A model generated the notes under the pieces. That model was not told the DNA's origin. It did not search any database and worked only from the letters and a program-made list of their open reading frames with translations. From Pseudomonadota bacterium (GTDB lineage: Bacteria; Desulfobacterota; Desulfobacteria; Desulfobacterales; UBA11574): a stretch of 64,000 nucleotides of DNA. Every line of letters starts with the position of its first letter. Position 1 is the stretch's first letter. Made by a program: the position numbers and the translations under genes. The DNA is taken from positions 5,694-69,693 of the forward strand of contig JBDRPF010000039.1 of NCBI GenBank assembly GCA_043827325.1, read 5' to 3'. Shown here piece by piece: positions 1 through 8,616 of this stretch.

Positions 1-13
1 GAGTGAACGCCTT

Positions 14-1783
14 ATGAAAAAACAATTATCTTTCTTTATTGCTGCCGTATTGTTTTTCCTGGCGTCGGCGCAATGGGGGATCTGTCAGCCCACCGAGAAC
101 CCGGCAAAGATGGACGCTCAAAAGAAAGAATGCCGTGACATCATTCTGGTCCTGGACAACTCCGGCAGTATGATCAAAAATGACCCCGATTTTTTAGCCC
201 GGCAGGTCGTGACGGATTTCCTTTCAGGTTTTAAAGGAGAATGTCGCATCGGGATGGTGATCTTCGACAAAGAAGCCAGACTCGTCGAACCGCTCATGGA
301 GATGAAGGACCCGAGGAATAGAGCCCAATTCATGAAAAGCCTGGAAGCGGTGAACTACAAGGGATTGTTTTCCGACACTCCCGCGGCGATTGAGAGGGCC
401 ATCTACGAACTGAAGTTTAACGGCAGGAAAGATGCCCAGAAGATTGTCATTTTATTGACTGACGGTATCGTGGATACCGGAGACAAACTGCGGGATCTCG
501 AACGGGAAAAATGGCTGAAGGAAAACCTGTCTCAATTGAGCAAAAAGGCGAATATCCGTATTTTTGGGATCGCGTTTACGGATCAGGCTGATTTCAGACT
601 CATTCAGACGCTGGCCTTTCAAACAGACGGCGAATACTTCAGGGCGCATCGCGCAGAGGATATCGAGCTCATTTTTGAAAAGATCAGTGAACTGACCAGA
701 CAACCGCCGGCAGAACCCGCTGAAGCGATTCCGGTGGAAACACCCGCTGTATCTGCTCCTCCGGAGACGGCAACCCTCTCAACCGGGGTGTCTGCAGAAA
801 AACAGGTCGCGCCGGCTGCGCCGTCATCGCCAATGGTCGAACCCGTTACCCCTCCGGCGCCAAAACCGGTACAGGTTCAAGAGACGAGTGCCACATCCCC
901 GCTCATCCTGACCGGAGTTATCGCCTTGCTGTTGATTGCCATCCTGGTCATTTTATTTGTCAGAAGCTCGAGAACATCTGTTGAAGCGGATGCCGGCGCG
1001 GAAGAATTCTCTTCCCGGCAAGCCCGGGATATGCCCCGGGCCGAGCTGATTGACGTTAAAAATATCACCGGGAAAAAGACATTCCTTTTGAACAAACGGG
1101 TCATGAAGATCGGCCGGAATTCACACAATGATATTCCAATTCCCATGGACACGGTGTCCAGTTTCCATGCCACCATAGAATACAGAGACGGATTCTTCTA
1201 CCTGGAAGACCAAAGGAGTACAAACAGAACACTGCTCAACGACAAGGACGTAAAATCGTCTTTGCCCGTCAAGCTCAAAAGCGGGGATGAAATCACGTTT
1301 AATATATATAGATTTCTATTTATTCTGCCCGATTTGATACCGGCAGGGGAGACCGTAATGGATTTCAAGAGTAAACCAAGAGAAGCGGCCGTTGAGGAAA
1401 CCGTAGTCCACTCGGCGGATGCCGCCCTCAAAGAGGCCGCCGAACTGCCCCAGGCCATGCTGATTGATGTTAAAAATATTACCAAGCGGAAGACCTTTTT
1501 CCTGGACATGCGAATAACCAAGATCGGCAGGGATGTCAACAACGAAATTGCAATCCCAGAGGACACGGTGTCCAGCCTTCATTCTACAATCGAACACCGG
1601 GACGGCTTCTTTTATCTGGAAGACCAGCGAAGCAAAAATAAAACATTTCTAAATGGTGAGGAGATCGAACCCTTTACACCTAAAAAACTCAAAAGCGGTG
1701 ACGAAATCATGATAAATGTTTATAAATTCATATTTCTCCTGGAACGCCAGTTTCCAACGGGCGATACCGGTGAGAGGGCCTGA
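14..1783 (+). CDS. Membrane-spanning vWA-domain protein with two C-terminal FHA domains
   Basis: Signal-like N-terminus (FFIAAVLFFLASAQW). MIDAS-type DxSxS (LDNSGSM) of a vWA fold. Pro/Ala-rich linker and one hydrophobic helix (LILTGVIALLLIAILVILFV). Then two ~100-aa FHA-like modules (KIGR...I.IP.DTVSS.H.TIE.RDGFFYLEDQRS.N.T.LN). Confidence 0.8.
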   Translation: MKKQLSFFIAAVLFFLASAQWGICQPTENPAKMDAQKKECRDIILVLDNSGSMIKNDPDFLARQVVTDFLSGFKGECRIGMVIFDKEARLVEPLMEMKDPRNRAQFMKSLEAVNYKGLFSDTPAAIERAIYELKFNGRKDAQKIVILLTDGIVDTGDKLRDLEREKWLKENLSQLSKKANIRIFGIAFTDQADFRLIQTLAFQTDGEYFRAHRAEDIELIFEKISELTRQPPAEPAEAIPVETPAVSAPPETATLSTGVSAEKQVAPAAPSSPMVEPVTPPAPKPVQVQETSATSPLILTGVIALLLIAILVILFVRSSRTSVEADAGAEEFSSRQARDMPRAELIDVKNITGKKTFLLNKRVMKIGRNSHNDIPIPMDTVSSFHATIEYRDGFFYLEDQRSTNRTLLNDKDVKSSLPVKLKSGDEITFNIYRFLFILPDLIPAGETVMDFKSKPREAAVEETVVHSADAALKEAAELPQAMLIDVKNITKRKTFFLDMRITKIGRDVNNEIAIPEDTVSSLHSTIEHRDGFFYLEDQRSKNKTFLNGEEIEPFTPKKLKSGDEIMINVYKFIFLLERQFPTGDTGERA

Positions 1784-1793
1784 GAGCTGAACC

Positions 1794-3194
1794 TTGCAGA
1801 AAAAGAAGAACCAGAACTATGATGTCATTATTGTCGGCGGAGGACCGGCGGGTCTCTTTGCGGCGTACTGCCTGTGCATGAACTCGGATCTTAAGGTGCT
1901 TTTGATTGAAAAAGGCAAGGACCCCCGAAAACGCAAATGTCCCATGAACGACACGCAAAAGTGCCAAAAGTGCAAACCGTGTAATATCCTGTGCGGCATC
2001 GGCGGGGCGGGGCTTTTTTCCGACGGAAAGTTAAACTATATCCACAAGCTGGGAAAAACCGACCTGACCCAGTTTATGCCGCTTAAAGAGTCCCGGTGGC
2101 TCATCGATGAAACCGAGAAAATATTCAACGCGTTCGGAATGGACGGCCCCGTCTATCCGACCGATATGGCGGAGGCGGAAAATATTCGGAAGAAAGCCAA
2201 ACGGTTCGGCATCGATCTTCTCATTATCAAGCAGAAACACCTGGGCAGCGAATATTTGCCGAAACACATTTCGGATATGAGCGATTTCATCCGGTCCAAA
2301 GGGGTTGTGATACACACATCCGAAGAGGTCAAAGATGTCCTCGTTGAAAACAATCGGGCGGTAGGGCTGGTTACCAGCAGGAAAAAATATTTTGCAGGCA
2401 ATATCATCCTGGCACCGGGGCGTGTCGGCGCGGATTGGGTCGGGAAGCTGGCCCAGAAATACGGCATCGAACTCAAGCAACGGGGTATCGAAGTCGGTGT
2501 TCGTGTTGAAGTTCACAATGACATTATGCAGGATCTTTGCGAAGTCATCTACGATCCGACGTTTTTTATTCAGACCGGCAAATACGACGATCAGACACGG
2601 ACATTCTGCACAAACAGAGGGGGTTTTGTTTCCATAGAGAGCTACAGCAACTTTGTCTGTGTAAACGGGCACGCCTATTTGAATAAAAAATCCCAGAACA
2701 CAAATTTTGCCTTCCTGTCTAAAGTGGTTCTGACGGAACCGGTCACCGACAACCAGGCATACGGCGAGGCCATCGGTAATCTGGCATCCCTGATCGGCGG
2801 CGGTAAACCCATTCTGCAGAGATTCGGCGATCTCAAACGCGGCCGACGCAGCACCTGGAATAGGGTGAATAAAGGCTATATCGCACCGACACTGACCAGC
2901 GTGATTTGCGGAGATATTGCCATGGCCCTTCCTGAAAGAATCATGACCAACATCATGGAGGGACTCGAAAAGCTAAACCTGGTGGTCCCCGGGGTTTCAA
3001 ATGACGAGACACTCCTTTACGCCCCGGAGATCAAGTTCTTTGCAACCCAGATCATGACCACGAAGGATCTTGAGACAAAAATAAAAGGAATGTACGTGGC
3101 GGGTGACGGGCCCGGCGTTGCCGGAAACATCGTTTCGGCCAGTGCCACCGGATTGATACCCGCCAAGGCCATCATCGCTCAGTCAAAAACATAA
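1794..3194 (+). CDS. FAD-dependent oxidoreductase (uncharacterised COG2509-like dehydrogenase family)
   Basis: N-terminal dinucleotide-binding motif VIIVGGGPAGLFAA and C-terminal MYVAGDGPG. TTG start at 1794; there is no in-frame ATG upstream of the Rossmann motif. Confidence 0.7.
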   Translation: MQKKKNQNYDVIIVGGGPAGLFAAYCLCMNSDLKVLLIEKGKDPRKRKCPMNDTQKCQKCKPCNILCGIGGAGLFSDGKLNYIHKLGKTDLTQFMPLKESRWLIDETEKIFNAFGMDGPVYPTDMAEAENIRKKAKRFGIDLLIIKQKHLGSEYLPKHISDMSDFIRSKGVVIHTSEEVKDVLVENNRAVGLVTSRKKYFAGNIILAPGRVGADWVGKLAQKYGIELKQRGIEVGVRVEVHNDIMQDLCEVIYDPTFFIQTGKYDDQTRTFCTNRGGFVSIESYSNFVCVNGHAYLNKKSQNTNFAFLSKVVLTEPVTDNQAYGEAIGNLASLIGGGKPILQRFGDLKRGRRSTWNRVNKGYIAPTLTSVICGDIAMALPERIMTNIMEGLEKLNLVVPGVSNDETLLYAPEIKFFATQIMTTKDLETKIKGMYVAGDGPGVAGNIVSASATGLIPAKAIIAQSKT

Positions 3195-3209
3195 GTGGAG
3201 AATCAAGCC

Positions 3210-4367
3210 ATGCCCAAATCCTTCAGCCGCATCGAAACGAAACTGATTCACGCCGGCGAGCCTGAACCGCTAATCAACGGGGCCGTCAGCATGCCGATCT
3301 TTCAATCGTCCACCTTTGAATACGCCGGACAGGACAGTTACCACAACCTCAAGTACATCCGTTTGAACAACACGCCCAACCATGTTGCACTGCATCAAAA
3401 GCTGGCGGCACTGGAAAATGCAGAGGCGGCCGTTGTCACAGCAAGCGGAATGGCGGCAATTTCAACCACCCTTTTGACCCTTCTTTCCTCGGGGGATCAT
3501 TTTCTGGCACAGGACTGCCTTTACGGCGGAACCCACGATTTAATTACGAAAGATCTGGTCAAACTTGGAATCTCTTTTGACTTCATCAACGGCGACGACC
3601 CGGACTCCTGGGAAGGTAAGCTGCAGAGAAACACGAAACTCATCCTTGTGGAAACCATAACGAATCCGCTGATGCAGATCGCCGACCTTAAATCCGTGGT
3701 TGAATTTGCCAGGGCAAACCATATCGTTTCACTCGTAGACAACACATTTGCCAGCCCGGTAAATTTCCGTCCGCCGGAACAGGGATTCGATCTCTCGCTC
3801 CACAGCTGCACGAAATATCTAAACGGACATTCGGACATCGTTGCCGGGGCCGTTATCGGCCGGGCAGACCTGATCAGAAAGGTGACCCGGAAGCTCAACC
3901 ATCTCGGCGGCTCGCTGGATCCGCATGCCTGCTTTTTGCTTCATCGCGGTGTTAAAACACTCGCGGTGCGCGTTAAGTATCAGAACGAAAGCGCTCTCGC
4001 CATTGCAAGATACCTGGAAGACCACTCCGCTGTTGGAATGGTAAACTACCCCGGGCTTGAAAGCCACCCCAGACACCTTCGGGCCGGCGAATTGTTTGAC
4101 GGATACGGCGGGATGTTGAGTTTCGAATTGAAAGGCGGACTGGAAGCCGCCGAGAGGTTCTTAAAAAAGATTACGCTTCCGATTTCCGCCCCGAGCCTTG
4201 GCGGGGTCGAATCGCTGATTACCCGACCCGTTACGACTTCACATTCGGGTTTGTCTCCTCAAGAGCGTCAGGCAATGGGAATTTCCGACAGCTTAATCCG
4301 GTTATCGGTGGGCATCGAGGCAACGGAGGATCTTATTGAGGATTTTGAGCAGGCCCTGAATCGTTAG
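3210..4367 (+). CDS. Cys/Met-metabolism PLP-dependent enzyme (cystathionine gamma-synthase / beta-lyase family)
   Basis: Family pattern TKLIHAG...SSTFEY...VVTASGMAA...HSCTKYLNGHSD (PLP-lysine region). The ORF track opens at GTG 3195. In-frame ATG 3210 lies 9 nt after GGAG and is preferred. Confidence 0.85.
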   Translation: MPKSFSRIETKLIHAGEPEPLINGAVSMPIFQSSTFEYAGQDSYHNLKYIRLNNTPNHVALHQKLAALENAEAAVVTASGMAAISTTLLTLLSSGDHFLAQDCLYGGTHDLITKDLVKLGISFDFINGDDPDSWEGKLQRNTKLILVETITNPLMQIADLKSVVEFARANHIVSLVDNTFASPVNFRPPEQGFDLSLHSCTKYLNGHSDIVAGAVIGRADLIRKVTRKLNHLGGSLDPHACFLLHRGVKTLAVRVKYQNESALAIARYLEDHSAVGMVNYPGLESHPRHLRAGELFDGYGGMLSFELKGGLEAAERFLKKITLPISAPSLGGVESLITRPVTTSHSGLSPQERQAMGISDSLIRLSVGIEATEDLIEDFEQALNR

Positions 4368-4381
4368 TTCGGAGGTGTTTT

Positions 4382-6403
4382 ATGAAAGCAGTTAAATGGG
4401 GAGCCATCGCAATCGGCGCACTGTTCGCGCTGTTTGTGGCAGCGCTTCTTGTCATCCCCCGGTTTGTTGACGTCCAGAAATTCAAGCCGGAAATTGAAGA
4501 AAAGGTGTCGGAGGCAACCGGCCGGCCGTTCACCCTGGGCGGAGATCTCAACCTTTCTCTCTTTCCGTGGGCGGGCCTGTCGTTTTCCGATCTGCATCTG
4601 GGAAACCCCCCGGGATTCAAAGAAAAGGACATGCTGTCCTTACAATCCTTTGAAGTGCGGGTAAAGCTTCTCCCGCTTTTGTCAAAAGAGGTTCAGGTAA
4701 AAAAATTTGTTTTGAAGGGACCTCGAATCGTTCTGGAACGACGAAAGGACGGACTGGGAAACTGGGAAGGACTGGGAAAACCCGCGAGTGAAACGTCTCC
4801 CGGTGAAAAAAAAGTGAAGACGCCGCCCTCCACGATGAGCGACACGGGACTTCCTTTCGTGTCGCTTACCGTGGGAGAATTTGCCATTACGGAAGGATAT
4901 CTCCTCTGGCTGGATCAGGTGAAAGGGGAACGGAAAGAGGTTTCGGACATGACCCTTCGCCTGACGGATGTCTCGCTGGACCGGCCAATACAAATTGTGC
5001 TTTCAGCTCTTTTTGACGGAAAACCCATTGCCCTGTCCGGCAATGTCGGACCTTTGGGGAAAGACCCGGGAAAGGGGACGATTCCCTTGGATCTTGAGAT
5101 AAATGCCCTGAAAGAACTGGTTATGAAGGTAAAGGGCAAAATCGTGGATCCCGCCACCCATCAGCAGTTTGACCTATCCGTCGATGTCTCTCCGTTCTCG
5201 CCGCGGAAACTCATGGCGGCCATGGGACAGAAATTTCCGGTATCCACCGCAGACCCGAAGGCTCTGGACCTCGTGGCCTTGAAGGCGCTGCTGACCGGTG
5301 ATGCGAAGCGTGTTTCGATTTCAGAGGGTGACCTGAAACTGGATGAATCAACGCTGATTTTTTCAGCCAGAGCCGGCGAGTTTTCAAAGCCGGACATTTC
5401 GTTTGATATCGACCTGGACCAGATCGACCTGGACCGGTATCTTCCGCCGCCGGGAGAAAAGGGGACGGATGTCGAAAAGAAATCGGAAACGGATCAAAAA
5501 ACCGTTCAAAAAAAGACCGATTACACACCGCTTAGACGACTCGTTTTGGATGGAAAAATTAGAATCGGAAAACTTCAGGCAAAAGGCGCCAAGATTCAGG
5601 ATTTTCATTTGAAGGTCAGCGGCAAGAACGGCCTTTTCAACATGGACCCCCTTAGCCTCAAACTATACCAGGGCGAGGTATCGTCCAAAGGTGCACTGGA
5701 CGTTCGGCAGGATACGCCAAAAAGCACTGCGGAACTGCAGGCCAAGGGAATCCAGGCAGGGCCGCTGCTTAAAGACGTTTTGAAAAAGGACTTTCTGGAA
5801 GGGACCATGCAGGCGACAGCGGCCATCAGCATGTCGGGAGATCAGCCGGAGAGCATCAAGCGCACACTGAACGGAAACGGGGATCTTGTTTTTAATGACG
5901 GTGCCATTGTCGGAATCGATCTGGCCGGTATGGTCCGGAACACACAGGCCGCTTTTGGGTTGGCCGAAAAGAGTGCCGAAAAACCCCGAACGGATTTCGC
6001 CGAGCTGCACTCGCCTTTCACGATCACCAACGGCCTTGTGAACACGCCGGGGACCACACTGCTGTCCCCCCTTGTGCGTGTCCTGGCCGTGGGAAAGGCC
6101 GATCTGGTGAACGAGGTTCTTGATTTCCGGGTGGAACCCAAATTCGTGTCCACACTTAAAGGGCAGGGGGACAGTATGGAACGTTCCGGGCTCATGGTCC
6201 CGGTTCTGGTAACCGGAACTTTTTCCGCGCCCAAGTTTCGGCCGGATCTGGAAGGGATACTGAAGGATCAACTCAAAAAGGGCATTCCGGACGCCACTGA
6301 AATGAAGAAGGCTCTTGAAGGAAACGGGACACCGGGCGCGCCGACGAAATCGCTGGATGAAACCGTTAAGGGTCTGAAAAAGCTATTCCCCTTTGGCAAC
6401 TAG
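4382..6403 (+). CDS. AsmA-family outer-membrane assembly protein
   Basis: N-terminal anchor helix (WGAIAIGALFALFVAALLVI) followed by the typical AsmA opening (P.FVDVQKFKPEIEEKVSEATGRPFTLGGDL.LSLFPW.GL). Long beta-rich body. GGAGG lies 8 nt upstream of the ATG. Confidence 0.8.
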   Translation: MKAVKWGAIAIGALFALFVAALLVIPRFVDVQKFKPEIEEKVSEATGRPFTLGGDLNLSLFPWAGLSFSDLHLGNPPGFKEKDMLSLQSFEVRVKLLPLLSKEVQVKKFVLKGPRIVLERRKDGLGNWEGLGKPASETSPGEKKVKTPPSTMSDTGLPFVSLTVGEFAITEGYLLWLDQVKGERKEVSDMTLRLTDVSLDRPIQIVLSALFDGKPIALSGNVGPLGKDPGKGTIPLDLEINALKELVMKVKGKIVDPATHQQFDLSVDVSPFSPRKLMAAMGQKFPVSTADPKALDLVALKALLTGDAKRVSISEGDLKLDESTLIFSARAGEFSKPDISFDIDLDQIDLDRYLPPPGEKGTDVEKKSETDQKTVQKKTDYTPLRRLVLDGKIRIGKLQAKGAKIQDFHLKVSGKNGLFNMDPLSLKLYQGEVSSKGALDVRQDTPKSTAELQAKGIQAGPLLKDVLKKDFLEGTMQATAAISMSGDQPESIKRTLNGNGDLVFNDGAIVGIDLAGMVRNTQAAFGLAEKSAEKPRTDFAELHSPFTITNGLVNTPGTTLLSPLVRVLAVGKADLVNEVLDFRVEPKFVSTLKGQGDSMERSGLMVPVLVTGTFSAPKFRPDLEGILKDQLKKGIPDATEMKKALEGNGTPGAPTKSLDETVKGLKKLFPFGN

Positions 6404-6446
6404 CCCGCATTTCTCATGAAGAATTTATTTTGGTTATGAAAAAAGC
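6402..6446 (+). repeat. Repeat family A, copy 1 (agcccgcatttctcatgaagaatttattttggttatgaaa)
   Basis: 37 of 40 nt identical to 11456-11495 in the same orientation. It begins inside the asmA stop codon. Confidence 0.8.
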
Positions 6447-6476
6447 ACGAGACCGATTTAAAATCAGGAGGGTGCC

Positions 6477-6782
6477 ATGCGTTTTGGAATAAAATACGCA
6501 TTGTTCGTTTCACTACTGGTCATGGCGCTCGCCGTCGGGTGTCAGAAGACCTACTACACCGTGTGGGAGAAACTGGGGAAGGAAAAACGGCATCTGCTCA
6601 AGGATGAAGTGGAAAAACAACGCGTCGATCAGGAAAAAGCCGCTGAAGAGTTTAAGGATGCCTTGACTCAAATCAAGCAGATATACGGACTGGATGGCGG
6701 AGAGCTCGAAGAATTTTACACGAAGCTCAAGGATGACTTCGAAGCGTGTGAAGCGGATGATTTTCTAAAAACCCTCGGTTGA
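6477..6782 (+). pseudogene. Truncated DUF2959-like lipoprotein (N-terminal ~95 residues only)
   Basis: Lipobox (LAVGC), then YYTVWEKLGKEKRHLLKDEVEKQR...EEFKDAL...GG.LEEFY.KL.DDFE, matching my recollection of the first half of ~210-aa DUF2959 proteins. The ORF stops exactly where repeat family C copy 2 begins. Confidence 0.5.
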
Positions 6783-6820
6783 ACCGAAGCGCAGAATTGG
6801 ACTTTTTACGAAGCCGTCAA
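6781..6820 (+). repeat. Repeat family C, partial copy (right arm only)
   Basis: attggactttttacgaagccgtcaa matches 39363-39388 (attggacgttttacgaagccgtcaa) at 24 of 25 positions. The upstream gaaccgaagcgca resembles gaacgcgaagtgaagcgca of the full copy. Confidence 0.75.
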
Positions 6821-6904
6821 GGACAGGTTTTAATAAGTGGACAAAAACATAAAAATATACTAAAGAACAGGTGGCTTACGTACCCGGCTAAAAAGGAGGC
6901 CCGT

Positions 6905-7354
6905 ATGAGTGAAATAAATCTGGATGAAGCCAAAATAAACCATGACGGCGAATGGCTCTCTGCCGAAGATCTGACCCGGAAAATCCAGGAAAAGATGCAG
7001 GCAGGCGACGCGAAATTTGCAGATCTGGCCGCCGCATTGGAAGAGCTGAGCAAGGCCATGGAAAATTCACACGCCATCGAGGTGAGGGTTGCCATTTCGA
7101 AGGGTGATTATGAGAAGCTGACGGAACTCGGTGGAGCGGATGACCGAGAGGCCGTGCGAAAGGCGGTGATGGCATTCATTCAAGGAGAGGGCCAGGAGGC
7201 GCCCGCCTCTGATGAGGACAAAAAGAAAACAGTTGTCATCAAATGTTCCAAGTGTAAGGCTCCCATCGAAATTCCCGCTGATGATCGGCCAACTGAAGTC
7301 AAGTGTCCCAGTTGCGGTACAACGGGCCGTTTGAAGCCGAAAGAGAAGAAGTAG
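6905..7354 (+). CDS. Hypothetical protein with C-terminal zinc-ribbon (CSKC...CPSC)
   Basis: ATG 6905 is preceded by AAAAGGAGG. The ORF-track TTG 6779 extension runs through the repeat element. Acidic coiled-coil-like body. CxxC-15-CxxC at the C-terminus. Confidence 0.55.
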   Translation: MSEINLDEAKINHDGEWLSAEDLTRKIQEKMQAGDAKFADLAAALEELSKAMENSHAIEVRVAISKGDYEKLTELGGADDREAVRKAVMAFIQGEGQEAPASDEDKKKTVVIKCSKCKAPIEIPADDRPTEVKCPSCGTTGRLKPKEKK

Positions 7355-7401
7355 ATCCCGTTTTTCATAAAATCCAGAACGATAGGTTTGAGTTTTATAC
7401 G

Positions 7402-7435
7402 AACTCCGTCACCCGGGTGGCGGAGTTTTATTTTT
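7402..7435 (+). terminator. Rho-independent terminator
   Basis: An 11-bp stem (aactccgtcac / gtggcggagtt, one G-T pair), 4-nt loop, followed by ttatttttt. Confidence 0.7.
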
Positions 7436-7467
7436 AGGCCCAACGGAAAATTATCTGAGATATTTCT

Positions 7468-8259
7468 ATGTCATATCTCATTTCAATCCAGATTCGCGTT
7501 ATTGCCGCCACAACGAAAAGAGACACATACGATGCCTTGATACAAGAAGGCTTGGAAGCAATACTTCTGCCCCTTCGTGCTATCGACAAGTTCAGTCAAG
7601 TTCGCCACGTTGTTTCCGTAGCGCTTAAATCCTCAGCGGTTTCGGTGGGGGACCTCATCGTCTGTGCATTAGGGCGAGACGTTTATCAAGAGGGGGGAGA
7701 CCTTGTCGTCCTGACAGACGTGGAGCACTCCGTCGAGCACCTCTCGATCTCCCATTTTCTCAAACTCACGGACGCTATCCAGCCCAAAGTTCTGGAGATT
7801 GCCATTGCAATTGCCTGTAAAATCGGCCGGGCGGCCAGGCGTGGAAAGCGCCTTGGGGCCATATTTATGCTTGGCGATTCCGTCAGGGTTCTTGAAAATT
7901 CCAAACAGCTTATCCCCAATCCCTTCCAGGGGCACGACGAAGCCAGTCGGAGACTTACAAATACCGATATCCACGACGCTATCGTCGAGTTGGCTAAGCT
8001 CGACGGGGCCTTTATCGTCCGCGGTGACGGCCTCATCCAAACAGCAGGAACTTTTTTGGCTTCCCCCGAAATCGAGGTAGTACTGCCGGCCGGCCTTGGA
8101 GCACGACATCTCTCTGCCGCCGCCGTCACACAGCGTACCACTTCGACAGCGATTGTAGTCTCAGCAACCGACGGCAACGTCCGCGTATTCTCCGGCGGGG
8201 CTATGGTGCTGCACATTGATCCCGAAATACCCTATAGCCCAATCACAACAGAGGCGTAA
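7468..8259 (+). CDS. Diadenylate cyclase (DisA_N/DAC) domain protein, DacZ-like architecture
   Basis: The C-terminal half aligns by eye with DAC motifs: LDGAFIVRGDG.I..AG.FL, LGARHLSAAAVT (RHR position reads RHL), TAIVVSATDGNVRVF. The N-terminal ~110 aa are a separate small domain. Confidence 0.65.
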   Translation: MSYLISIQIRVIAATTKRDTYDALIQEGLEAILLPLRAIDKFSQVRHVVSVALKSSAVSVGDLIVCALGRDVYQEGGDLVVLTDVEHSVEHLSISHFLKLTDAIQPKVLEIAIAIACKIGRAARRGKRLGAIFMLGDSVRVLENSKQLIPNPFQGHDEASRRLTNTDIHDAIVELAKLDGAFIVRGDGLIQTAGTFLASPEIEVVLPAGLGARHLSAAAVTQRTTSTAIVVSATDGNVRVFSGGAMVLHIDPEIPYSPITTEA

Positions 8260-8616
8260 GCTCGTTAAGGCTTGCCTCAACCTTCTAAATTAATGTGATA
8301 CCCAAAAGATGTCGTTCAATTATCTGCCAAATCAGATAGTTGTAGGTTTTGCAAGATATCTGCAATCGTACCGGGTTTAACCAGACCACAATATCTTGAA
8401 TTAAACCCTTTTTTGCGGTAAGGGGTTGATTACCATCCTTAACCAGAACTTCACCTATTCTTCACCTGACTACACACTGCGTTAAGCATGTGGCGCACTT
8501 TTCTTATGCCGCTGAAATAAAGAATATCATCAGTATTGTTGAATTTACCGGAATTCAAGATACAAGTATATGCAACTCGACTTGATAGTCTATTTTGAGA
8601 AATATAGGTAATAAAC

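Noticed and set aside
6779-6904. TTG-initiated N-terminal extension of the ORF 6779-7354
   Set aside because: The extension is encoded by the family C repeat and spacer. ATG 6905 has a strong AAAAGGAGG ribosome-binding site.
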